Below, piece after piece: positions 45,109 to 64,000 of a stretch of 64,000 nt of DNA. The translations under genes were made by a program, and so were the position numbers. The notes below the pieces were generated by a model that did no database searches, was not told where the DNA came from, and was given only the letters and a program-made list of their open reading frames with translations. Source of the DNA: Lingula anatina (Eukaryota > Animalia > Brachiopoda); the NCBI GenBank assembly GCA_051362555.1, contig CM120649.1:7936001-8000000 (forward strand). Reading direction: 5' to 3'. The stretch's first letter is position 1. Each line of letters opens with the position of its first letter.

Positions 45109-47825
45109 ATGACTGTGCTACCGTTATGTCTCTTGACCACGATTTTAGCTCTGTTGGGCAATTTTGTCCAGTCAGCAGATGGCCTTGGAGTCCTTTCCCT
45201 AAGAGACGGCACCAGCGATGTACGCTCAAAGGTAGATGCCATTAGAGCCAAGACTTCAGAACTGAACAAGCTCCTTTTGTCTGTGCGAAATAGTCTTGAT
45301 TCCTGCCTTGATGGAACTAAAACCGGTCAGTTACGCTCATCTAACAACGTGTTGTTCAGAACTTAACATTTGTATTTCATCATTCTTTGGTGTTGTCAGC
45401 ATTTTCTAAAAATATTTTAAAGATGTTGCGTATTTTTAAAGAGATAGAGCCAAACCTTCAATGCTGCTATCGTCTGTACTTTTATTTCGTTTTATTCTCT
45501 GAACTCTCTAGAGAAAGCAAGTTACGCTAATTTTTATATTGTTATTTCCGTCAATTTGTTATGCATGTTACATTTTTTTCTGCTGTTGTCATAGTCTTCT
45601 TGATATGATTTACACTTTTTTGCCAATTTCTTAGGAAATATTCACATAGCAAGCACAAACATATGGATAAGCAAACTTAGATATACTGTATATCAGATAC
45701 CACAGAACCTTAGTCTTCGTGTAATATCTGCTAGCACCGTTTTCGAGATAGTGATCTCATTTTTCATAAATAACTGGCGATTTGTTTGGTTTTCTGGACA
45801 ACCTTTTTTTTAAAACTGAAAATTCTTTAAGTTCGAACCCATGTGAATTGAACTTCTTAGAGCTTTTGATAAAATTGGTGTTCAACACAGCAAAGTTTAC
45901 TGCTCTGATTGAAACTAATGCGCATTTTTTAAAATTTTATTCCTATAATTGATGAAGCATACATCTTCCTTTTCTTCATGAAATAAAACATAAATAAAAA
46001 TAATTAAGTATTCCACCACATTTTTGCTAACACTTGTTTTTATACATCTTTTACTAACATCTTTTACAAAGTGGAGCAAAGCATGTCCTTGTTTTGAAGT
46101 ATCAGTTTGTTTCTCAAATGATTGACAAATAAGCCCTTATATTGCTATTTAAGGATACTTTATCTCTGTACTATCGCACAGATACCGAAAATAAGTTTTT
46201 CTTGCATCTAATTATTCAATAATGCATCTATCTTTGTTCTGATTAGAAACAATATAAGAAATCTCCGAAAATCTAAAATATCGGCGTTTATATTTCGTAT
46301 TGCAGTGTATGAGCATAGTCAACTCAAAGCTTTAACGCCTCTCTATTTTGAGGTGAGATAGCAATCGGTATGGGGCGTAACTTTATCCTTGAACAAGATT
46401 TTATCACGCAATTTGTCACGCCTTAGCAGGAGTATCTGAGCTACCATCCCGTGTCGTCGTTTTGGTTTAAATGCTTTTGTTATGGGGTTATGAGCACCTA
46501 ATTTCATATTTTCATTAAACAAGAAATTGTTTTGCTTTATCAATGATAAAATCTGAACTAAGACTTTTAAGAAAAATCGCTGGCAGGGTTTTGTCGGCGT
46601 TGAAACTGTGATCGTGAGTGCTCAGGTAAATGAGAAATTTATTATTTTTTTCATTTTAACCCCCAGATCACAATTATAACGTCACGTGTAAATTTTCTAA
46701 TATTGTACATTTGTTTTTTACATGCATCTCTTACAGACAACGCAGGTGACACAATGTTTTACCTGCAACTGTATGGACCACTGAATACATGTTTCAGTGA
46801 ATCTTCTTAGGAGCATTATCTCTAATTTTTAACAGATATCAAGTGCGCATCTGGCTTTGTGAAGTTCCAACGCTCGTGCTACAAGTTTGTGATAAAGGAA
46901 AAGACGTGGCAGCAGGCACAGCATGACTGTCGTAACATGGGGGCAAACCTAGTGTCCATTAAGTCTTGGGAAGAGCAGAAGTTTATCTTGGACCACATAG
47001 CCACACACAAAGGTGACAGACAATAGTTCAACACTATCCGTTTGTTGCATGTAAGGTACAGATACTGGTGTCAGTTAATTTGATTTTCAATTAATTATGC
47101 CTACGTTTACGACATGAACAATCTTTCCTATTATCTCTTTTCCTAAACTGACATTTTTTTCGTCTTTGTAAAATTGGGGTTGCCTTTTCTATACACGACA
47201 TAAGACTAGTGTGTTATGCGTTGTTACCTATTGCAGATCTGTTCCCGAGTTCTGAGGGGTTTCACGCTGGAGCAACAGACACGGCAATGGAAGGCATTTG
47301 GCAATGGGTTTCTGACGGATCTCTGGTCCAAGGTGAGATACGGCTTTTCAATGATTTCAATGGTTGTTATATACTCTTATATTTACTGTAAATGTATTGC
47401 AATATTTAGTTAGTTTGCATACATTTATGTTTTTATTATTGCTGTTGTTGCATTATTTTTGGCAAATTACCATTTTCAAGGTACTGGTCTATATATGATC
47501 CTGTGTAGCCTTCCTCCTCCCGAAAACTATGTGCAACGATTATCTGATGGTTATATTCCTAAAAGATGTACGCCATATGGTTCAGTTTGGGATGGATGTG
47601 TAGCACTATTAGTTAAAGGTTAGTCAGTGTGGTTACAACACAGAACTCGTATACAGAACTACTTGAACCTTTTCAGGATACTTAGGCTGGGACTTCTTTC
47701 AAAGTTGGTATCAGGACGGAGGCAAAGGCCAGAACTGCCTGCTACTGTTTGCTCCCCGCAAATATCTGTGGCATGACACGTACTGCAATACCAAGGCACA
47801 TTCTATTTGTGAAATTGAAAATTGA
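45109..47825 (+). CDS. C-type lectin copy 4 (secreted, perlucin-like), join(45109..45325,46836..47012,47237..47332,47677..47825), 212 aa
   Basis: All four exons are open with phase-1 GT-AG introns. Signal peptide, coiled-coil neck with Cys, and six-Cys long-form CTLD (WHD in place of WND, no EPN/QPD). Confidence 0.9.
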
Positions 47826-49122
47826 GAACCTTGATATGTTTGCAGTCTGTGTGCAGAATCTGCTTACTTAAGGAAAAAGAAGTTGTAAAATCAGATGTAA
47901 TTGTAACCAGATCCACTTTATTAAAGGTGTTAGTAAAAGATGTATAAAAACAAGTGTTAGCAAAAATGTGGTGGAATACTTAATTATTTTTATTTATGTT
48001 TTATTTCATTTTTTTTCGAGAATAAAAGTGGAAAAGAGCACCTGCCCGTCAAAGAAAGAAGAGATGACACATTAAAGCTTAGACATGGTGGAATGGGAGG
48101 AAGGGAGGGCAATTAGAAATCGGAAACCCATCTACTCGATAATATGAATCAGTAGACAAAACTGACATCTAAGCACAACAACAAGAACCCAATGAATCTC
48201 TAATCATTCTAAAGTGTTTGTTCTGTCCATAATGAACATCAACTTATTTATCGTGTAAAATAACGTCGTTCATTTGTCTTCAGAGTTGTTTTCTTTACTT
48301 TTCAAACTCATGCTTCAGTCACTCGACTACAATTAAATTTTCTTAGACCAGCTGTTTAGATGAGATCACAGAATTTGAGCCTCATAACGACATACACTGA
48401 ATCACTCGTTCTCAAGTTAACAGGTTCTCGTGGTTGCTACCAAGGACTTATCATACGTGTACATCATACGTGGATCCAATTTTCTTCACACTGTAGTTGT
48501 ATCGGCATGGAACATGATTTACCTCAGCAGACCTCGTTATAATCATTTTAAACCCGGAGAGTCTCCTACAGCGTTCCACTTTACATCACTTCCATTCGTA
48601 GGCAACTGTGGGCTTAACACGGTGGACTAGCGTAGGGAGTGTAACGACAATTTATGATGTCGCATAAGTCGCAGCACAATGGAAACTTAATATGATGATA
48701 TAGTCGCTAATTTTGTGTCCACCCCTGCAACAATTGATTTAAATGTATATTTAGAAAAGTAAATTATTAAATAAAGCGAATAAATTTTATCAGAAATAAA
48801 CAAACTTCAAAGTAACTAAATCAAAGACATCATTGTGCAGGTACGTGCAATGCTTCCATTCATTCTATGAACGTTTTCTGTCTCTTTAAACTAAGTACAA
48901 TTACATTACCAATGACGAAGCTCTACGACAAAACTGCAAAACCCGAGCTTCATGACAACATATGACTATAATGAAATCAGTAACTTGATTTCACATCAAA
49001 GATAGAACCCCTCTTTTCGCTCCAGATATTTTATATTGCAGGGTTATCCGAATGCCTCAGTCGCAGTGATCGCATCTTTCAAGGGAATGCTTGTAATGAC
49101 AATGGAATATGTGCACGATTTA

Positions 49123-49352
49123 GAGATTATTGTAATAACTTTAGATCTCCAAGGGGAGTCTCTCTTAATTGCAAATAACTTAAGCAGCTTAGATTTGACG
49201 GCTACTGAAGCTGAAGGGGTAATTAACTGTCGTTTAGCAGCTTTAGCAGGTTTGCCAGACATCTAGGCCACGTAAGCTGAAAGAAAGTTAGCGAGAAACC
49301 CCGTGGAGATGGACCGATCCTGTTAGATCGATCTAGGGATGAGAACCCAGTC
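49123..49352. mobile_element. PIF/Harbinger-type MITE in promoter of copy 5
   Basis: TSD TTA confirmed against the empty site GCACGATTTAAGCC in the copy 4 promoter. Confidence 0.8.
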
Positions 49353-49652
49353 TTAAGCCTAGATTACATTTTCTACTCGCGCTGCATGTCATATTGGTCA
49401 CGTGATCATAAGGCCACTGAATCCTGCTTTACTTTATATGGGTAGAAATTTCTGTGAAATGTTAACGTGGCCACTTGACAATGTTGACAGTTTATACTCG
49501 ACGGGTTGCTAAAAGGTCTTAAGCGTCTCTTTTACCTAATAAGGGCATAGCTTTCTATACAATTTTAACTTTGTCACGTGACAGGGTAGATCGCTACTAT
49601 AAAAACGCCGCCGCCAGCAACACGCCGTGCTGACGTGTCTCACTTTATGAAG

Positions 49653-56491
<6,839 letters not shown>

Positions 56492-58261
56492 GCCCATGGC
56501 GTATTAATAGTCTGTGCGCCGAGTCTTCTATCTTATTAAAAATGAAATTGCACAAGCGGATGTAAGTAACCAGATAAGAATTTGCTGTAAGCCAGATGGA
56601 ATTTCTACTCACCCTGTAAATGAGATTATTTCTAGTTACAATAAATTATTTCAAATTGCAAAACTTTTATTTCATTTTTTATTTACAAAAATTTCTCGAA
56701 AAATCGGCCCGCTGTAGCTTCTTTAATCCAGCAGTCAATTATACTACAATATTGTCAACATCCTGTCGCCGAGTGGCGTATTGTGAATAGAAGATTACAA
56801 TAAGGATCAGCCCAGAGCGCGCAAAGTCTCTCAACTTAACGTAAAAATTAACGAGAATACGTAGATTTGAGGGAGAGTGGGGTCTGACATTAAGTGACAA
56901 TGTCATATTGGCAGACTAGCAAGTGCGGTGCGGCAACGAATATTGGCTGACAGAATATATTCATTGGTTGGAGGAGTCTTTTTATCTCTCTGGACCTTTT
57001 CCGAAAACAAAAGTGGAAATGAAACCCCTGCCCTTGTAAGAAAGAAGGGTGGAAAGAGAGGGATGGAGGGCAACTTAAATCACAACATGAAACTTAAGTT
57101 CCATGATCAAAATTACTAGGATCTAACAAATTTCTAATCCTTCAAAAGCATTTGTTCTGTCCATAAAGAGCATCAATTTATTCCTCGTGTAAAATAATTC
57201 CTGCCGTAATTTTGTCTTCACAATTGTTTACTTTACTTTTCAAACTTCTGCTTCAGTCACTCGACTACATGTACAATATAATTTTCTTAGACCAGCTGTT
57301 TAGATGATATCACAGAATTTGAGACTCATAACGACATACACTGTACACTGATCGAATCACTCGTTCTCATGTTAAAAATCAGATTCGGTTCTCTTTGTTA
57401 TTACCAATTCAAGGACACATCATACATCACACGTGGATCCAAGTTGCTGCTAATATTCCTCACGGTGTAGTTGTATGGGCATGGAACATGATCTACCTCA
57501 GCAGACCTCGTGATAACGATTTTAAACCCGGATAACAGTCTCTTAAAGCTCGCAACTTTATACACTTCCATTCGTGGACAACTGTGGGCTACTTCGGAGC
57601 GTCACGACGATTTTATGATGACTTGGCACCATGACAACTTAATATGCCTTAAATGATGTTATAGTTGCTATTTCTGTGTTCAACCCTGCAACAAAAAATT
57701 AAAAAAAATTATAGGCCTGTTTAGATAAGTTACTTTATAAATAAAGGAATTAAATTTTATCAGAAATAAACAAACTTCAAATTAGGTACTATATGTCCAA
57801 TTTCCTTTAGGATCCTACAGGACCTTGTAGGATCCTATAAGATTTTCTTGTTACGGTGATAGAGCCCCTATTTTCACTCCAAATATTTTATACTGCAGAG
57901 TTATCTGAATGCCGCATGCGCAGTGACTGCAGCTTTCAAAGGAACGCTTGTGATGACAATGTAATATGCGATTTAAACCTAGATTACATTTTTACTTGAG
58001 GTGCATGTTATATTGGTCACGTGCCACTGATTCATGTTTTACCTTATATGGGTAGAAATTTCTGAAAAATGTTAACGTGGCCACTTGACAAGGTTAAGGG
58101 TTAAACTCGACGGATTGCCAAGATGTCATTAGCGTCTGTTTTGCCTAATAAGGGCACACATTTCTATACAATGTTAACGTGGTCACGTGACAGGCCACCT
58201 CGTTACTATAAAAACGCCGCCGCCAGCCACACGCCGCGCTTACGTGTCTCACTTCGTGAAG

Positions 58262-60988
58262 ATGTCTGTGCTACCGATGTGTCTCTTGACCACGATTTTA
58301 GCCCTTTTGGGCAATTTTGTCCAATCAACAGATAGCCTTGGAGTCCTTTCCCTAAGAGACGGCACCAACGATGTACGCTCAAAGGTAGATGCCATTAGAG
58401 CCAAGACTTCAGAACTGAACAAGCTCCTTTTGTCTTTGCGAAATAGTCTTGATCTTGGTGGAACTACAACCGGTGAGTTACACTCATCTAAAAACATGTA
58501 ATTCAGAAATTTACATCTGTATTTCATCACCCTTTGCTGTTGTCAGAATTTTCTAAAAATATTTTAGAGATTTTGTGTATTTTAAAAAGATAGAGCCAAG
58601 ACTTCAGAACTGAACGACTTGCTATCGTACCTACTCTTATTTCGTTTTATTCCCTGAACTCCCTACAAAAAGTGAGTTATGCTAATTTTTATAATGTTAT
58701 TTCCGTCAATTTGTAATGCATGTTACATTTTTTTCTGTTGTCATAGTCGTCTTGATATGATTTACGGTTTTTTTTTTTTTTTTTTGCTAATTTTCTGTAG
58801 AGTATTCACATAGCAAACAAACATATGGATAAGCAAACTTAAAAATACTGTATATCAGATAACACAGAACCTTAGTCTTTGTTTAATATCTGCTAGCACC
58901 GTTTTCGAGAAAGTGTTCTCATTTTTCATAAATAACTGGCGATTTGTGTGGTTCTCTGGACAACCTTTTTTTGAAATTGAAAACTCTTTAAGTTCGAACC
59001 GATGTGAATTGGACTTCGTAGAGCTTTTGATATAATTGGTGTTCAACACAGCAAAGTTTACTGCTCTGATTGAAACTAATGCGCATTTTTTAAAAAATTT
59101 ATTCCTATAATTGATGAAGCATACATCTTCCTTTTTTTCATGAAATAAAACATAAATAAAAATAATTAAGTATTCCACCACATTTTTGCTAACACTTGTT
59201 TTTATACATCTTTTACTAACACCTTTTATAAAGTGGAGCAAAGCATGTCCTTTGTTTTGAAGTATCAGTTTGTTTCTCAAATTATTGACAAATAAGCCCT
59301 TATATTGCTATTTAAGGATACTTTATCTCTGTACTATCACCCAGATACCGAAAATAAGTTTTTCTTGCATCTAATTATTCAATAATGCATCTATCTTTGT
59401 GCTGATTGGAAACAATATAAGAAATCTCCGAAAATCTAAAATATCGGCGTTTATATTTCGTATTGCAATGTATGAGCATAGTCAACTCAAAGCTTTAACA
59501 CCTTTCTATTATGAGGTGAGATAGCAATCGGTATGGGGCGTAACTTTATCCTTGAACAAGATTTTATCACAAAATTTGTCACGCCTTAGCAGGAGTATCT
59601 GAGCTACCATCCCGTGTCGTTGTTTTGGTTTAAATGCTTTTGTTATGGGGTTATGGGCACCTAATTTCATATTTTCATTAAACAAGAAATTGTTTTGCTT
59701 TATCAATGATAAAATCTGAACTAAGACTTTTAAGAAAAATCGCTGGCAGGGTTTTGTCGGCGTTGAAACTGTGATCGTGAGTGCTCACGTAAATGAGAAA
59801 TTTATTTTTTTCATTTTAACCCCCGGATCACAATTATAACGTCACGTGTAAATTTTCTAATATTGTACATTTGTTTTTTGCATGCATCTCTTACAGACAA
59901 CGCAGGTGACACAATGTTTTACCTGCAACTGTATGGATCACTGAATACATGTTTCAGTGAATATATTAGGAGCATTCTCTTTAATTTTTAACAGATATCA
60001 AGTGCGCATTTGGCTTTGTGAAGTTCCAACGCTCGTGCTACAAGTTTGTGATAGAGAAAAAGACGTGGCAGCAGGCACAGCATGACTGTCGTTCCATGGG
60101 GGCAAACCTAGTGTCCATTAAGTCTTGGGAAGAGCAGAAGTTTATCTTGGACCACATAGCCACACACAAAGGTGACAGACAATAGTTCAACACTATCCGT
60201 TTGTTGCATGTAAGGTACAGATACTGGTGTCAGTTAATTTGGTTTTCAATTGATTAGGCCTACGTTTACGACATGAACAATCTTTCCTATTATCTCTTTT
60301 CTTAAACTGAAATTTTTTCGTTTTTGTAAAATTGGGGTTGCCTTTTCGATACACGACATAAGACTAGTGTGTTATGCGTTGTTACCTATTGCAGATCTGT
60401 TCCCGAGTTCTGAGGGGTTTCACGCTGGAGCAACAGACACGGCAATGGAAGGCATTTGGCAATGGGTTTCTGACGGATCTCTAGTCCAAGGTGAGATACG
60501 GCTTTTCAATGATTTCAATGGTTGTTATTCACTCTTATATTTACTGTAAATGTATTGCCAACTATTTAGTTAGTTTTCATGCATTAGTGTTTTTATTGTT
60601 GCTGTAGTTGCATTATTTTCGGCAGATCACCATTTTCAACCCACTGGTCTATACATGTATGATCTTGTTTAGCCTTCCTCCTCCCGAAAATTGTCTGCAA
60701 CGACAATCTGATGGTTATATTCCTACTAGTTGTATTTCATAATTCAGTTTGGATGGATGTGTAGCACTATTAGTTAGGATGTGTCAGTGTGTTTACAACA
60801 CAGAGCTCTGTCGTATACAAGTTTAATTTCATCTTTCAGGATACTTAGGCTGGGACTTCTTCCATCGTTGGTATCAGGACGGAGGCAGAGGCTCGAACTG
60901 TCTGCTGCTGTTTGCTCAACGCAAATATCTGTGGCATGACGAGCTCTGCAACAATAAGGCACATTCTATCTGTGAAATTGAAAATTGA
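58262..60988 (+). CDS. C-type lectin copy 6, join(58262..58472,59995..60171,60395..60490,60840..60988), 210 aa
   Basis: Intact exons. An in-frame 6-nt deletion removes the neck Ser-Cys. Confidence 0.88.
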
Positions 60989-62708
60989 GAACCTTGATAT
61001 GTTTGCAGTCTGTGTGCAGAATCTGCTTACTTAAGGAAAAAGAAGTTGTAAAATCAGATGTAATTGTAACCAGATACCTTACGCTCACCTTGTACACGAG
61101 ACTCCTTGTGTTCACAATAAATCATCTGATCATACCTTGCATGAATGAAATGGTTGATTTTTATTGATATATGTTTCACAAAACCAATTCTTGCGTTACC
61201 TTTTATATATATTTCCCGGCACATAAGCCCGTTCTAGCTACTTTAATCCAGTACTCATTTATACTTCAAGATTGTCAACATCGTGTCACCGAGTGGCATA
61301 TTGTGAGCAGACAATTACAATAAGGGTCAGCCGAAAGAGGGCAAAGTCTCGCAAATTACCGTAAACTCTAACTAGAATTCGTAGATTTGACGGAGAGTGG
61401 GGTCGGACATATTGGCAGAATAACAAGCGCGGTGTGGTAACGAATATTGGCTGACAGAATATATTCAATGGAGTTTTCAAATTAATTTATAAGCAGAGTA
61501 GATAACCTTGTTACTAAATACCTCAGGAAGTGTCTTTTCACTTTCGGGGCCTTTTTCGAGAATAAAAGTGGAAAAGAGCACCTGCCCGTCAAAGAAAGAA
61601 GAGATGACACATTTAAAGCTTTGACATGGTGGAATGGGAGGAAGGGAGGGCAATTAGAAATCGGAAACCCATCTTCTCGATAATATGAATCAGTAGTCAA
61701 AACTGACATCTAAGCACAACAACAAGAACCCAATAAATCTCTAATCATTCTAAAGTATTTTTTCTGTCCATAAAGAGCATCAACTTATTTATCGTGTAAA
61801 ATAACGCCTGTCGTTCTTTTGTCTTCACAATTGTTTTCTTTACTTTTCAAACTCATGCTTCAGTCACTCGACTACAATTTAATTTTCTTAGACCAGCTGT
61901 TTAGATGAGATCACAGAATTTGAGCCTCATAACGACATACACTGAATCACTCGTTCTCAAGTTAACGATCGGATCCGGTTCTCTTGGTTGCTACCAAGGA
62001 CTTATCATACGTGTACATCATAAGTGGATCCAATTTTCTTCACACTGTAGTTGTATCGGCATGGAACATGATTTACCTCAGCAGACCTCGTTATAATCAT
62101 TTTAAACCCGGAGAGTCTCCTACAGCGTTCCACTTTGCATCACTTCCATTCGTAGGCAACTGTGGGCTTAACACGGTGGACTAGCGTAGGGAGTGTAACG
62201 ACAATTTTATGATGTCGCATAAGTCGCAGCACAATGGAAACTTAATATGATGATATAGTCGCTAATTTTGTGTCCACCCCTGCAACAACTGATTTAAATG
62301 TATATTTAGAAAAGTAAATTATTAAATAAAGCGAATAAATTTTATCAGAAATAAACAAACTTCAAAGTAACTAAATCAAAGACATCATTGTGCAGGTACG
62401 TGCAATGCTTCCATTCATTCTATGAACGTTTTCTGTCTCTTTAAACCAAGGAGTCTGTTATAACTCCTTGTTTAAACTAAGTACAATTACATTACCAATG
62501 ACGAAGCTCTACGACAAAACTGCAAAACCCGAGCTTCATGACAACATATGACTATAATGAAATCAGTAACTTGATTTCACATCAAAGATAGAACCCCTCT
62601 TTTCGCTCCAGATATTTTATATTGCAGGGTTATCCGAATGCCTCAGGCGCAGTGATCGCATCTTTCAAGGGAATGCTTGTAATGACAATGGAATATGTGC
62701 ACGATTTA

Positions 62709-62938
62709 GAGATTATTGTAATAACTTTAGATCTCCAAGGGGAGTCTCTCTTAATTGCAAATAACTTAAGCAGCTTAGATTTGACGGCTACTGAAGCTGA
62801 AGGGGTAATTAACTGTCGTTTAGCAGCTTTAGCAGGTTTGCCAGACATCTAGGCCATGTAAGCTGAAAGAAAGTTAGCGAGTAACCCCGTGGAGATGGAC
62901 CGATCCTGTTAGATCGATCTAGGGATGAGAACCCAGTC
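62709..62938. mobile_element. Harbinger-type MITE in promoter of copy 7 (duplicate of 49123-49352)
   Basis: Near-identical sequence at the same insertion point as in copy 5, with TSD TTA. Confidence 0.8.
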
Positions 62939-63238
62939 TTAAGCCTAGATTACATTTTCTACTCGCGCTGCATGTCATATTGGTCACGTGATCATAAGGC
63001 CACTGATTCCTGCTTTACTTTATATGGGTAGAAATTTCTGTGAAATGTTAACGTGGCCACTTGACAATGTTGACAGTTCATACTCGACGGGTTGCTAAAC
63101 GGTCTTTAGCGTCTCTTTTACCTAATAAGGGCATAGCTTTCTATACAATTTTAACTTTGTCACGTGACAGGGTAGATCGCTACTATAAAAACGCCGCCGC
63201 CAGCAACACGCCGTGCTGACGTGTCTCACTTTATGAAG

Positions 63239-63455
63239 ATGTCTGTGCTACCGATGTGTCTCTTGATCACGGTTTTAGCTCTATTGGGCACTTTCGTCCA
63301 GTCAACAGATGGCCTTGGAGTCCTTTCCCTAAGAGACGGCACTAGCGATGTACGCTCAAAGGTAGATGCCATTAGGACCAAGACTTCAGAACTGAACAAT
63401 CTCCTTTTTTCTGTGCGAAATAGTCTTGATACCTGCCTTGGTGCAACGACAACAG
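63239..63455 (+). CDS. C-type lectin copy 7, exon 1 only (gene continues beyond the window)
   Basis: Intact signal/neck exon near-identical to copy 5, with donor GTGAGT. Confidence 0.8.
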
Positions 63456-64000
63456 GTGAGTTACTCTAATCTGACAACATATTGTTCAGAAATTTACATT
63501 GTATTCCATCACTTTTTAGGGTTGTTAGCATTTTATAAATATATTTTAGATTTTGCGTATTTTTAAAAGGACAGAGCCAAGACCAAGAACGGAACGAGCT
63601 GCTATCGACAAAAAGCGAGTTGCATTAATTTTTATACCTGTTTAATATGAACATATATTTCAACAGTTTATAGTTCACATAACTGGAACTCACGAAGGAG
63701 ATCTCGGGATGCGCAGCAAAGTATTTTAATCGAAAAAAAAACAGCCAAACTTATCAACTGTCGTTTTTAGACAAAGACCAGGATTTTTTTGTGCGAAATT
63801 TTCCCATTCAAGGGAATACTGATTTTCCGATGTTAGTCGCCAAGAACATTATTTTCATTTTTTTCTTTCTCTCAAGAAGATCGATTTCTAAATATAAACC
63901 ACAGTACCAGATCAATTTCTCGGTATTTTGGTTTTCCCATTGCGATCTTTAATCACGAGGTAATATATCAGGTATGTAAATACTTTCAGCATGATAATGA

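Overview
AT-rich eukaryotic (invertebrate, probably lophotrochozoan/mollusc-like) genomic DNA. It holds a two-coding-exon TMEM126-family gene (6689-8781, +), followed by a tandem array of at least seven paralogous 4-exon genes on the + strand. These encode secreted, perlucin-like C-type lectins: signal peptide, coiled-coil neck and long-form CTLD with no EPN/QPD motif. Copies 1-3 are disrupted, copies 4-6 are intact and copy 7 runs off the window. Differences between copies are concentrated in the ligand-binding loop exon, and the array shows dimer-unit duplication and mosaicism. The array is heavily invaded by mobile DNA. Intron 2 of copy 1 holds a Harbinger-type MITE, which holds a very young full-length env-bearing Gypsy/errantivirus-like provirus (LTRs differ at 2 of 568 positions; gag, -1 frameshift, pol, F-type env). 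That provirus in turn holds a non-autonomous ISL2EU DNA transposon inserted exactly between its 5' LTR and primer-binding site. Also present are a near-intact L1/Tx1-clade LINE with TSD and poly(A), a second ISL2EU derivative, Tc1, hAT, Academ, MULE, Helentron-type and RTE relics, and a solo LTR. All assignments come from reading motifs by eye; no database searches were run.
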